DNA of 33,424 nt from Actinomycetota bacterium (GCA_043738925.1 JAYUFA010000311.1:1-33424), one strand, 5' to 3'; counted from the first letter of the stretch, positions 9,737 to 20,915 are shown. Translations and numbers: made by a program. The notes: generated by a model not told the origin, from the sequence alone.

Positions 9737-10017
9737 TCAGGAACGCATCAGTCGGGAGATCGCGGCGACAGCTTCGTTTATCTTGGCGTCGGCGTCGGGT
9801 CCGCCGGCCTCGATTGCGTGAGTGACACAGTGCCCCAGATGGTCGTGGAGTAGCCCGACCGCCACGGTTTGGAGGCCTTTGGTGACGGCCGAGATCTGAT
9901 CGAGCACGTCGATGCAGTAGCGGTCGCTCTCGATCATCCTGGCAATGCCGCGTACCTGTCCTTCGATACGTGCGAGCCTTTTCGCGATATCGGGTTTCTG
10001 CATTTCGTAGGCGGCCA

Positions 10018-10018
<1 letters not shown>
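9737..10018 (-). CDS. csoR: CsoR/RcnR family copper-sensing transcriptional repressor
   Basis: RLARIEGQVRGI, RYCIDVL, HLGHCV (Cys-His-Cys Cu(I) ligand set); start overlaps copA stop. Confidence 0.93.
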
Positions 10019-12438
<2,420 letters not shown>

Positions 12439-12439
12439 T

Positions 12440-12601
12440 TCAGTGACGCAACCCGTTGACTTGCGACGGTAAGCCACCGGTCGAGTGCTCCATAGGCATC
12501 GTCGGGCCCACTGGCCCGACCAGGGCACCAACGCCGGCTCCGGCGCCAAAGGTGATCACAACCGAAAGGCCGAAGACAGCCAGACGCTGGCCGGTGGTCA
12601 C
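12440..12601 (-). CDS. 53-aa single-TM small protein between copZ and copA (not in ORF track)
   Basis: Hand translation: [53 protein letters not shown]; GTG overlaps copZ stop (GTGA); TGA lies 1 nt before copA ATG. Confidence 0.7.
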   Translation of the reverse strand: MTTGQRLAVFGLSVVITFGAGAGVGALVGPVGPTMPMEHSTGGLPSQVNGLRH

Positions 12602-12807
12602 GATGACACCAGCTCGAAGCCGGCGTCATCAATCGCAGCGGCGAGGACGGCTCGCTCAAGCCCGTGCATGGCCTTTACCCTGACCACCCCTGCGCCGAGG
12701 TCAACATCAACGTGCTCGACACCATCCAGCCCCGAAATGGCTGCCGTCACCGATGAGACACAATGCCCGCAGGTCATTCCGGCAACCTTGTACGTCTGGA
12801 CAATCAT
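12598..12807 (-). CDS. copZ: Copper chaperone (HMA domain)
   Basis: 69 aa, GMTCGHC, AIDDAGF; GGAGGA RBS at 12815-12820 (- strand). Confidence 0.93.
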   Translation of the reverse strand: MIVQTYKVAGMTCGHCVSSVTAAISGLDGVEHVDVDLGAGVVRVKAMHGLERAVLAAAIDDAGFELVSS

Positions 12808-12829
12808 GGCGAAATCCTCCTCGTTGCAG

Positions 12830-12846
12830 ATACCCCCTATGGGTAC
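12830..12846. promoter_or_regulatory. CsoR operator 1 (ATACCCCCTATGGGTAC)
   Basis: TACC...GGTA pseudo-palindrome with C/G tracts, as for known CsoR/RicR operators; between promoter and copZ RBS. Confidence 0.8.
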
Positions 12847-12857
12847 CTACCTTGGCC

Positions 12858-12886
12858 ACTCTACATACGGGTGGGGGGTATTGCAA
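12858..12886 (-). promoter_or_regulatory. sigmaA-type promoter of copZ-copA-csoR with CsoR operator 2 in the spacer
   Basis: Minus strand reads TTGCAA (12886-12881), 17 nt, TAGAGT (12863-12858); the spacer is occupied by ATACCCCCCACCCGTAT (12865-12881). Confidence 0.75.
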
Positions 12887-12936
12887 CAGCTTCGGAAAGT
12901 TCGGCCCTCAGGTGCTGACATGGCGAAGCGCGTCAT

Positions 12937-12955
12937 CTACGACAGAATGTCGGAG
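12937..12955. promoter_or_regulatory. Putative BlaI-type operator (CTACGA-N7-TCGGAG)
   Basis: Matches the window-wide palindrome; directly abuts ATG 12956; contains CAGAAT 7 nt before that ATG. Confidence 0.65.
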
Positions 12956-13510
12956 ATGAACATCCGTCGTCTCACGAACCCAACGGCGATCCGAAACATC
13001 GGGATGGTTGTCGTAGCGCTGGTCGTCGCCTTCGTCGTTAGTCGTGCTGCGTTACGCCAACCGTCGCTGCCGAACTTCGAGCCGGCCGGATCTCGGCTTG
13101 CTCTGCCGGCGTCAGGGGCGTTGCAATCGGTGTCGCTGAGCGAGTTCGAGGGCGTTCTTGTCGGGCAGACGCCCAGGCCGGTAGTGGTCAACGTTTGGGC
13201 GTCTTGGTGTGCGCCGTGCCGATCGGAAATGCCGTTGTTGCAGCGAGCATCAGCGAGGTATGCGGGCCGGATTGTGATGCTCGGGGTTGCCTCGAACGAT
13301 GACCGAAGTGCGGCTCAGGCATTTCTGACCGAGTTCGGCATCACCTATCCGAACGTTTTCGATGACAGCGGCGAGATACGTGTACGTCTTGAACTCACGT
13401 CGTTTCCGACCACGTATGTGTTCGGCGCGAACGGACGGCTGCGCTCGCGCGTGAACGGTGCCATCTCGGAACAGAGGCTCGCCGCGCTCATCGAGGATGC
13501 ACTCCGATGA
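12956..13510 (+). CDS. TlpA/ResA-family thiol:disulfide oxidoreductase, membrane anchored
   Basis: N-terminal TM, VVVNVWASWCAPCRSEMP, cis-Pro FPTT; start could also be 12947 or 12920. Confidence 0.88.
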   Translation: MNIRRLTNPTAIRNIGMVVVALVVAFVVSRAALRQPSLPNFEPAGSRLALPASGALQSVSLSEFEGVLVGQTPRPVVVNVWASWCAPCRSEMPLLQRASARYAGRIVMLGVASNDDRSAAQAFLTEFGITYPNVFDDSGEIRVRLELTSFPTTYVFGANGRLRSRVNGAISEQRLAALIEDALR

Positions 13511-14223
13511 TCGACTTCGGGCTGTTGGCCAGCATGTTGATCGCGCTCGGCGTTCCTTCGCTGCTCGCTCGATGGTGGCCGATTAAAAATGTGTCAGGTC
13601 GGGGTACGTTCGTCGACGGGGTATTTGGGCCACTCGGTGTTGGAATCGCTGTTGGGCGTATCACCGCACTGGCCCTGGACGACCCCGGCGCGCTCGGCCG
13701 ATTGTCGGACTTGCTCATCATCCGTAGCGGTGTCGAGTTCTGGCCAGGCTTGGGTGCCGCTCTGATCGTGTTGGCGGTCGGCGCCCGCCGCGCCGGAGAA
13801 CAGCCGTTGGAACGGATCGCGGCGTTCGGTCCGTTGTCTTTGGTTGCCTACGGCCTCTTTGAGGCGACGTGCCTCCTGCGCGGCGGTTGTTACGGCCCGT
13901 CAGCCAGACTCGGGCTGAGACCAGCTGGCTTGGGAACGACGATGCTGCCGGTCGGGATATTCATGGGAGTGGCCATGGTGATCGGTTCGTTCACGCTCAG
14001 ACTGGCGGGACGCCGAGGCGCTAGCGCCGTAGTTCTGACAAGTGGCGCGTTGGCGGTACTTGCATCAGTGCGGTCGGTGGCGTCGATCTGGCTGCCAAAG
14101 GTAAGCCCGGGTTTAACAAGGGCCCATCGCACGTCGCTCTTTGTAAGCGCAGGTGCGATGGTGGCGCTCGGCGCAACGATCGGGTCGCAGAGGCGACGAC
14201 GAGTAGTGGCGGGCGAGCGATGA
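13507..14223 (+). CDS. Lgt-like (prolipoprotein diacylglyceryl transferase-like) membrane protein, divergent
   Basis: GIAVGRI, LLIIRSGVEFWPGL and TCLLRGGCYG resemble Lgt motifs (IWxGGLxFxGG; GRxGCFxxGCCYG); ATGA overlaps on both sides. Confidence 0.55.
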   Translation: MIDFGLLASMLIALGVPSLLARWWPIKNVSGRGTFVDGVFGPLGVGIAVGRITALALDDPGALGRLSDLLIIRSGVEFWPGLGAALIVLAVGARRAGEQPLERIAAFGPLSLVAYGLFEATCLLRGGCYGPSARLGLRPAGLGTTMLPVGIFMGVAMVIGSFTLRLAGRRGASAVVLTSGALAVLASVRSVASIWLPKVSPGLTRAHRTSLFVSAGAMVALGATIGSQRRRRVVAGER

Positions 14224-15071
14224 ACGCGCCCATCGCGCTCGCAGTAGCCGCCGGTATGGTCGGAGCGATCAACCCGTGCGGTTTCTCGTTGCTGCCGGCG
14301 TACGTAAGTCTCTTTGTTGCTAGCGAAACGAACGATTCGCCGCTCGACCAGCGTCTTGTTCGAGCCGGTATCTCGTCGGTCTCGGTAACGGTTGGTTTCT
14401 TAGGTGTGTTCGTGACCCTGGGAGTTTTGCTCGATTCTGTTCTCCGTGCTGTCAGACCGTCTCTCCCGTGGTTCACGATGGCTGTCGGGGTTCTTATCGT
14501 CGGCGCAGGTCTGGCTGTCGTTTGTGGCAAACGAATTCCATTTCCGTCCGCATCCTTGCCGGCGATCTCGGGAAGGGGCCCGGCAGCCATGATTGTGTAC
14601 GGGATCGCCTACGCCATCGCCTCGCTCTCCTGCACACTGGGGCCGTTCTTGGCGGTTACCTCGACAGCGCTGGATCAATCAGTCGCGGAAGGGCTCGTTA
14701 CCTTCGCCGGGTACGCGATCGGCATGGGCACAATCATCGCCATCCTCGCAATCAGTGTCGCTTTCGCCCGCCCAGGTGCCAGTCGGCTGCTCCGAAGGAC
14801 GTCTCGTTGGTCGTCGAGGACCGGTGGGGTGTTGATGATTGCCAGCGGCACGTACGCGATCTGGTATTCCCGATGGGAACTAGGTGTGTATAACGGAGAT
14901 CTGAACCGCGATTCGGTTGTTCAATTTGGCGAGCGAGTCCGATCCAACACGATCGCACTTATCGAACGACTCGACCCGATAGCGATCGTCGCGATCGTCA
15001 TCGTCTCGTTCGGCTTCGTGTTGGCCTATACGATCAGCCGTCGAGCCAATCTTCAAAGAGATGCGACGTAG
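14220..15071 (+). CDS. ccdA: CcdA/DsbD transmembrane-domain protein
   Basis: INPCGFSLLPAY and SLSCTLGPF redox Cys pair; 6+ TM segments. Confidence 0.87.
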   Translation: MNAPIALAVAAGMVGAINPCGFSLLPAYVSLFVASETNDSPLDQRLVRAGISSVSVTVGFLGVFVTLGVLLDSVLRAVRPSLPWFTMAVGVLIVGAGLAVVCGKRIPFPSASLPAISGRGPAAMIVYGIAYAIASLSCTLGPFLAVTSTALDQSVAEGLVTFAGYAIGMGTIIAILAISVAFARPGASRLLRRTSRWSSRTGGVLMIASGTYAIWYSRWELGVYNGDLNRDSVVQFGERVRSNTIALIERLDPIAIVAIVIVSFGFVLAYTISRRANLQRDAT

Positions 15072-15119
15072 CGATTTGTGCTGCTCCCTCCAGGATGTGT
15101 TTGCCCGGGCGTACCGAAA

Positions 15120-15169
15120 TCCCGGAGCGGCTGGCATCGCAGCCGCTCCGGGAGGGTCGGAATCGACCC
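15120..15169. terminator. Tandem hairpins, probable (bidirectional) terminator between convergent ccdA and mgtA
   Basis: Perfect 14-bp stem TCCCGGAGCGGCTG/CAGCCGCTCCGGGA (15120-15153, 6-nt loop) followed by GGGTCG-GAAT-CGACCC (15154-15169); short U-tract on - strand. Confidence 0.75.
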
Positions 15170-15171
15170 CA

Positions 15172-17913
15172 TCAGTTGCGACGATCTCGATTTTTGGAGT
15201 GCGATGCGATTGATGGCTGGCTCCTGGCGGCTGTTGGTAATCGTCGGGCTGCCTGGCGGTGTTGCATTGTTCGTCTCGGCGGGACGTGATGTGTGAATCG
15301 TGCAGCTCGCCGGGCGATGTGTCGTTGATGGCGTTGGTGATGGGTGAGCGGGGTGCAGCCGGGGCGGTTCTGGGCAGCGTAGAAGCGGCTCTTGGCGGTC
15401 TCGACAAGGGCGAGGTAGGTGACGACCATGCCGATCAGGATGAGGAAGAAGCTGATCGGCAGCGTCGTGAAGCCCAGCGTTCGGGCCAGCGGAGTGAACG
15501 GAAGGGTGGCTCCGACGACGGCGCTAGCGATAGGTGTGATGAGCATTGGGACGCTGGGCCGGCTGCGGAAGAACGGGACACGGCGTGTGCGGATGACGAA
15601 CACGACCAACGTCTGCGTGGCGAGAGATTCGACGAACCAGCCGCTGCGGAACTCGGCGTGGCTTGCTTTAAGGATGACGAGCATGACGAAGAAAGTCATG
15701 AAGTCGAAGATTGAGCTGATCGGCCCGAAGATGCTCATGAACCGGCGGACGAACGCGATGTCCCACGCTGCGGGGCGGGCGACGATTTCGTCGTCTACTC
15801 GGTCGCTGGGGATCGCGAGTTGACCGATGTCATAGAGAAGGTTGTTGAGCAGGATCTGGGACGGGAGCATCGGCAGGAAGGTCAGGAAGAGCGAGGCGCC
15901 GGCGGCACTGAACATGTTCCCGAAGTTCGACGAGGTCGCCATCAGCACGTATTTGAGGGTGTTGGCGAAGATGCGCCGGCCTTCCATGACTCCGTCCGCT
16001 AGGACGCAGAGGTCTTTGTCGAGCAGCACGATGTCGGCTGCGTCTTTGGCGATGTCGGTGGCGGACTCGACTGAGATGCCGACGTCTGCGGCGTGGAGGG
16101 CGACTGCGTCGTTGACACCGTCGCCCATGTATGCCACGTCGACGCCGGTGCGCCGCGCGACCTTCACGATCCGCGATTTCTGTTCAGGGCTGACCCTTGC
16201 AAACACGGTGGTGTGCGGGATCGCCACGGCAAGCGCGTCATCGTCGAGGACATCGAGTTCGCCGCCGGTCAGGACTGCTTCGACGGCGATGCCAATGTCT
16301 TGGCAGACCTTGGCGGCTACGATGCCGTTGTCACCGGTGATGATCTTGACCGCAATCCCAATCCGGTTGAGCTTGGCGATCGACGCGCCAGCGTCGGCTT
16401 TGGTGCGGTCGATGAACGCGAGGTAGCCGACGAGGTGTAGGTCGCGCTCATCGGCAGCCGTCGGTTGAGTCAGGCCAGCGGCCTCGCGGACTGCGACGGC
16501 AACCACGCGTGCGCCCTCGGCGAAGAGCCCCTGAAGCGTACGGTCCGGGCCCGGCGCCAAATCGACGCAGCGGGTGAGGATTGCCTCGGGCGAACCCTTG
16601 GTCACGAGCAGGGTCTTGCCGTCGGGAGTCTGGACGACGACTGAGCAGAGCTGGCGTTGATGATCGAACGGAAGCAGCCCGAGCCGTTGGTAGCCGCTTG
16701 GCGGGTCGCTACTCGCTGCCAAGGCCTTCGTCGCGGGTGACGACCAAAGCGCGACGTCGAGCGCGTTGCCGCCGACCGGTCCGCTGGCGGTCAGGGTCGA
16801 CTCGTTGCAGATCAGCCCGAATCGCAGTGGAGCGTCGGCGGGTTGGCCGCTCGCGTCAAGGGTGCGGTCGAAGGTGATTGCGCCCTCGGTGAGGGTGCCC
16901 GTTTTGTCGGTGAACAGCACCTCGATATTGCCGAGGTCCTCGATGGTGACGAGGCGTTTGACGAGCACGCGTTGGCGCGCGAGTTGGCGTGACCCGGTTG
17001 ACAAGCTGACGCTGACGATCGCAGGCAGGAGCTGCGGCGTGATGCCGATCGCGATCGCGAGCGAAAACAGGAGCGCGTCGAGCAAGGGCCGCGAGAACGC
17101 GATGTTGATCACGAAGATTGAGATCGTCAACGCCGCCGCCACCCGAATCAGAAGCGTGGAGAATCCGCGCAGGCCAACCTGGAACGCCGTCTCGGCCTGT
17201 CGCTCACCGAGGCCAACGGCGATCTTGCCGAACTCGGTTGACGAACCCGTGCTGACAACGACGGCCTTTCCGGAGCCTTGGTGCACGACGGTGCCCATGA
17301 ACGCGCACGACGGGAGATCGACTCCGGAATTGGTGGTGGAAGCTTCGACAGTCTTGACCGCTGCGATCGGTTCGCCGGTGAGTATCCCTTCGTCGCATTC
17401 CAGTTGGACGGTCTCGATGAGGCGGACGTCCGCCGGGACGAGATCGCCGACGCGTAGCTCGATGATGTCGCCCGGCACGAGACCGCTTACATCGACACGT
17501 TGAGCGTTGTTGTCGCGCCACACCAAGGCTTCGTGGCGGATGTTGGCGTGGAGGGCGGCGACAGTGACCTCCGACCGGTACTCGTTGACGAAGCCGAGCC
17601 CGACGCTCAACACGACGATCGCTGCGATGATCGCGCCATCAGTGGTGTTGCCGGTCGCTGCCGAGACAGCAGCGGCAACCAGCAGTAGGAGCAGTAGCGG
17701 ATTGCGCAGTTGGCGGACCAAAACCCCGAACACGGTCACCTTGCGCGACGAAAGCACGTTCGCCCCGAACGACGACAGCCGTCGGGTCGCCTCCTCAGTA
17801 CTGAGCCCTCCACCAGTAGTACCGAGTTGATGTAGGACCTCGCTGATTTGTTGCCGGGAGGTGGCGGCCAGGTCGGGCCGCGCCGGTATGAAGGACGCGG
17901 CGGTCCGGTTCAT
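15172..17913 (-). CDS. mgtA: Magnesium-translocating P-type ATPase (P3B)
   Basis: TGE, ITPQLLP, DKTGTLT, KGSPE, GDGVND, SSNFGNMFS, NLLYD, GWFVESLATQTLVVFVIRT. Confidence 0.92.
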   Translation of the reverse strand: MNRTAASFIPARPDLAATSRQQISEVLHQLGTTGGGLSTEEATRRLSSFGANVLSSRKVTVFGVLVRQLRNPLLLLLLVAAAVSAATGNTTDGAIIAAIVVLSVGLGFVNEYRSEVTVAALHANIRHEALVWRDNNAQRVDVSGLVPGDIIELRVGDLVPADVRLIETVQLECDEGILTGEPIAAVKTVEASTTNSGVDLPSCAFMGTVVHQGSGKAVVVSTGSSTEFGKIAVGLGERQAETAFQVGLRGFSTLLIRVAAALTISIFVINIAFSRPLLDALLFSLAIAIGITPQLLPAIVSVSLSTGSRQLARQRVLVKRLVTIEDLGNIEVLFTDKTGTLTEGAITFDRTLDASGQPADAPLRFGLICNESTLTASGPVGGNALDVALWSSPATKALAASSDPPSGYQRLGLLPFDHQRQLCSVVVQTPDGKTLLVTKGSPEAILTRCVDLAPGPDRTLQGLFAEGARVVAVAVREAAGLTQPTAADERDLHLVGYLAFIDRTKADAGASIAKLNRIGIAVKIITGDNGIVAAKVCQDIGIAVEAVLTGGELDVLDDDALAVAIPHTTVFARVSPEQKSRIVKVARRTGVDVAYMGDGVNDAVALHAADVGISVESATDIAKDAADIVLLDKDLCVLADGVMEGRRIFANTLKYVLMATSSNFGNMFSAAGASLFLTFLPMLPSQILLNNLLYDIGQLAIPSDRVDDEIVARPAAWDIAFVRRFMSIFGPISSIFDFMTFFVMLVILKASHAEFRSGWFVESLATQTLVVFVIRTRRVPFFRSRPSVPMLITPIASAVVGATLPFTPLARTLGFTTLPISFFLILIGMVVTYLALVETAKSRFYAAQNRPGCTPLTHHQRHQRHIARRAARFTHHVPPRRTMQHRQAARRLPTAARSQPSIASHSKNRDRRN

Positions 17914-18107
17914 CTTGGGGCCAGGCCGTTGCTGGCGCTAGTCGCGAATGTTCGCCGTGTCGAACGTGACGCGACACCAGTCGGAGCGAAGCCGTGTTGC
18001 CCCTCGCTCCCTCCCGACTGCCGGTTGGGTCGTTCGATGGCGTGTCCAAGGCGGAAAGCTTGGCCTGACGCCGGGGTCAAGTCCGGCTCTGGTTCATGGG
18101 TCGGCAT
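17910..18107 (-). CDS. Possible Pro-rich leader ORF translationally coupled to mgtA
   Basis: AGGA shortly before ATG 18107; begins MPTHEPEPDLTP; stop overlaps mgtA ATG (ATGA); mgtA has no SD of its own. Confidence 0.3.
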   Translation of the reverse strand: MPTHEPEPDLTPASGQAFRLGHAIERPNRQSGGSEGQHGFAPTGVASRSTRRTFATSASNGLAPR

Positions 18108-18201
18108 TGGCTTCCTAGAGTTTGCTTGTCGTTCGAGTTTTGGTCTGGGGACGGGGTGGGTTATCACCAATCGTCTGGTGACCACCTTTCTGCCGGCACC
18201 G

Positions 18202-18316
18202 GGAGGCTCCCCGATGAGGCATGTGGCGATATCGAGAGGTCAGGTGTTCGTTCTCCCCGTGTCCCTGTGTCAGTCATTGGGCCACGATGGGGTGTCTCGC
18301 CGCATCGGTAGCCTCC
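18202..18316 (-). ncRNA. Candidate structured cis-regulatory RNA upstream of mgtA
   Basis: Long inverted repeat (18202-18220 vs 18299-18316) enclosing a further nested stem; family not recognised. Confidence 0.35.
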
Positions 18317-18393
18317 ACCGATTCGAGTGCGGGGCAGTACGGAGGCGCTCGCCGTTTCGGGTCGCTCGCTTGATAGAGCGATAGCACGGGGCG

Positions 18394-19450
18394 TCACTCG
18401 TCAAAGCGGGCTTCTGTTGCGGGGCGGGCCGAGTTCTGAAGCTGGGTTGCGTACGACGGTCGCAAGTAGGACCGCTGGGCGGACACAGTTGAAGAGCTCG
18501 TAAGGAGGCCTTGCGACTGGGGGAGGACCCTCCCGGCGACTTCGTATGGGCGGCGATGCGGGTCTCCATCGGCGGGTGCGTTGCAAAGAGCCGGTTGAAC
18601 CAGCCGTGCGCTCCCTTGGATTGCTTGTCGAGGGGGGACTCGATCCACAGGTGGGCGGTGGCGGCGAGGGCGTGACCGATCACGTTGGGATTAGCTCGGA
18701 GCTTTTCGAGGGCCGAGATGAGGCCGTCGGGATTCCGGGTGATAGCACGCCGGACACGTCGGCGAGGGCTTCGCGGCGGCGCGAGATCGCGAGCTGCATC
18801 GTTTTGGCGGCGAAGGGGGCGAGGATGATGAACACGAGGGCGAGGGTGTAGATCTGCGCGCCTTCGCGGTCGTTGTTGCGGCGACGGCCGCTGGTTCCGC
18901 CGAAGAGCAGCAGTCGCAGCCCGAAGTCGGAAAGCAATGCTACGAAGCCGACGAGGGTGACGGCGATGGTGCCGACGAGGATGTCGTAGTTGCGGATGTG
19001 GCTGAGTTCGTGGGCGAGGACGCCTTCGAGTTCGGCGCGGTCCATCAGGTCGAGCAGGCCGGTCGTCACCGCGATGGCGGCATGGTCAGGGTTGCGCCCG
19101 GTCGCGAATGCGTTGGGGGCGGGATCATCGACGATGAAGAGTCGAGGCTTAGGAAGCCCGACGCCCAGGCAGAGCCCGTCGATGACGTTGTGAAGTTGGC
19201 GGTATTGCGCTGGTTCGGCTGTCCGTCCGTGGGCGGCGGCGATGGCCAGCTTGTCGGAGTAGAAGTAGCTGCCCCAGACCATGGCCAAGACCACGATGAC
19301 CGCGATCGCGATCAACATGGGGCCGCCCGCGAACACCAGGTCGAAGACAGCCAATACAGCGGTGATTAACACGGTGAACCCGGCCATCAGGTACACGGTG
19401 CGGCGTTTGTTGCCGGCGATTTGCGCTAGCAGGTCATGACGTTCAGTCAT
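18394..19450 (-). pseudogene. htpX: HtpX/M48 zinc metalloprotease with two apparent 1-nt deletions
   Basis: PNAFATGRNP, HELSH, SRRREALAD; frame jumps at about 18744 into ITRNPDGLISALEKL...ATAHLWIESP...FATHPPMETRIAA and probably again at about 18548 (RIAA-L-YEVAG). Confidence 0.85.
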
Positions 19451-19519
19451 CGCTGTGTCGTCTAGTCGCGGAGCCCGCTGGGCTGTCCGAGCACACGGTC
19501 GGGTCAACGCTCATGCTCA

Positions 19520-20077
19520 TCAGAACCGGACGCTGACGGGTGCCGCGGCGCCGGGCTCAGACTGGAAGAGCTCCCGGATCCTGAAGTGCATGGGACCCGC
19601 GATAAGAGTGCGCGGGAACGTCTGGATACGCGTGTTGTAGCCGAGCACACGCTCGTTGTAGAACTGGCGCGAGTAGGCGACTCGGTCCTCGGTCGAGGTC
19701 AATTCCTCTTGAAGTGCCGAGAAGTTCTGATTCGCTTTCAGGTCCGGATACGCCTCGGCGACGGCGAAGAGGCTCTTCAGCGCGCCGGTGAGAACGTTCT
19801 CGGCTTGCCCTCGTTGCTGCGGCGAACCGCTCTGTCTGGCGTCGATGGCGTTCGCCCGCGCCTGAGTCACCGTCTCGAAGGTTCCGCGTTCGTGTGCGGC
19901 GTAGCCCTTGACCGTCTCGATCAGATTCGGGATCAGGTCGTGACGGCGTTTGAGCTGCACATCGATCTGCGACCAAGCGCTGTCGCACTGATTTCTGGCT
20001 CGAACGAGCCCATTGAACATCCATGCCAACATCAATAGGGCGAGCACCGCTATTGCACCAATCAGGATTGCGATCAT
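19520..20077 (-). CDS. lemA: LemA family protein
   Basis: AWSQIDVQLKRRHDLIPNL, AVAEAYPDLKANQNF, RQFYN, FP; GGGAG RBS; canonical position upstream of htpX. Confidence 0.93.
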   Translation of the reverse strand: MIAILIGAIAVLALLMLAWMFNGLVRARNQCDSAWSQIDVQLKRRHDLIPNLIETVKGYAAHERGTFETVTQARANAIDARQSGSPQQRGQAENVLTGALKSLFAVAEAYPDLKANQNFSALQEELTSTEDRVAYSRQFYNERVLGYNTRIQTFPRTLIAGPMHFRIRELFQSEPGAAAPVSVRF

Positions 20078-20285
20078 TCTTCGACTCCCTTGTTCTTCGA
20101 ATTGAGCGGCACGTGCCTGCGAGCCCGAGACGGCGGGGCTGCTGCCAGGCTGGCCCCACAACCATCGTCTGCCGAGGGCCGCGCCGCATCCGAGACAACC
20201 ACGGATCCGGCTTCGGGAAATCCACCTACCGGGGTCATCCCAGACCCTGCTTTCCGAGACCGAAACGGGGGGCAACTTCCTGGCG

Positions 20286-20915
20286 CTATTTCTCCGCCAT
20301 TCGGGCGAGTTCTTGGCGCTGGCGCTCAGCATCAGCACGGGCCCGAGCAGCCTCGGCCTCCTCGCGTCGGCGGCCTTCATCTGCGACGAGTTGTACGAGT
20401 TCACCGCTCACCTTCAACGCCGGTGTCGCAAGTTCGGCCCGGACTTTTGTGATAGCGACCGTCTCTGTTTCTAACTGTTTGCCCAGCGCCGCAAGCCGCG
20501 CTTGTTCGCTCGCAAGTTCCTTTCCGAGCCGCTCGGTGTCTTGTCGCTCGGCCCGAAGCTCATCGACCTCGTCCGAAGCGGAGCCCACGAGCACCGAGGC
20601 GTAAACTTCGGGGGCGGCCGACAAAGATCCACCCGATCCGTCAAACGAATCGACCAGGTCAGCAAGCGTGATCTGCTGAACGTAGATGTATGAGTGGACC
20701 GCAGCATCAACAACGTCTTTGTTGATAGTCGAGACCGCTGCAGACCGGTCCGCGATTGCGGCCTCAGTCACCTTCACTTCATCGGTCACCTGCTCAAGCC
20801 TGAGTTTGGTCTCCATGCTCTGCTCGTTGATGCGTTCGGCCCGCTGAATGAGAGCTTCACGGTTCGTCTCGTGCATACCGGCCCTGCCGAAGCGCACGCG
20901 GTCGACATAACTCAT
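20286..20915 (-). CDS. Coiled-coil protein, probably a truncated PcsB/CwlO-like stalk
   Basis: Heptad-rich E/A/R/Q sequence with central DAAVHSYIY..LADLVDS break; no signal peptide and no catalytic domain before the TAG. Confidence 0.5.
   Translation of the reverse strand: MSYVDRVRFGRAGMHETNREALIQRAERINEQSMETKLRLEQVTDEVKVTEAAIADRSAAVSTINKDVVDAAVHSYIYVQQITLADLVDSFDGSGGSLSAAPEVYASVLVGSASDEVDELRAERQDTERLGKELASEQARLAALGKQLETETVAITKVRAELATPALKVSGELVQLVADEGRRREEAEAARARADAERQRQELARMAEK

Noticed and set aside
12439-12549. Extended N-terminus of copA as given in the ORF track (and 12485 start for tlpA, 2806 for VKOR, 20404 for lemA, 32794 for blaI)
   Set aside because: The extensions overlap other genes or operators and lack family-like sequence; downstream starts have an RBS or stop-start coupling
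18180-18340. Canonical M-box (ykoK) riboswitch call
   Set aside because: Only faint 5' similarity; the conserved core and 3' AAAGCUC segment were not found, so it is kept only as an unassigned structured-RNA candidate
18451-18469. Additional BlaI-type box GTACGA-N7-AAGTAG
   Set aside because: Two mismatches, lies in the htpX 3' tail far from any start codon; probably chance
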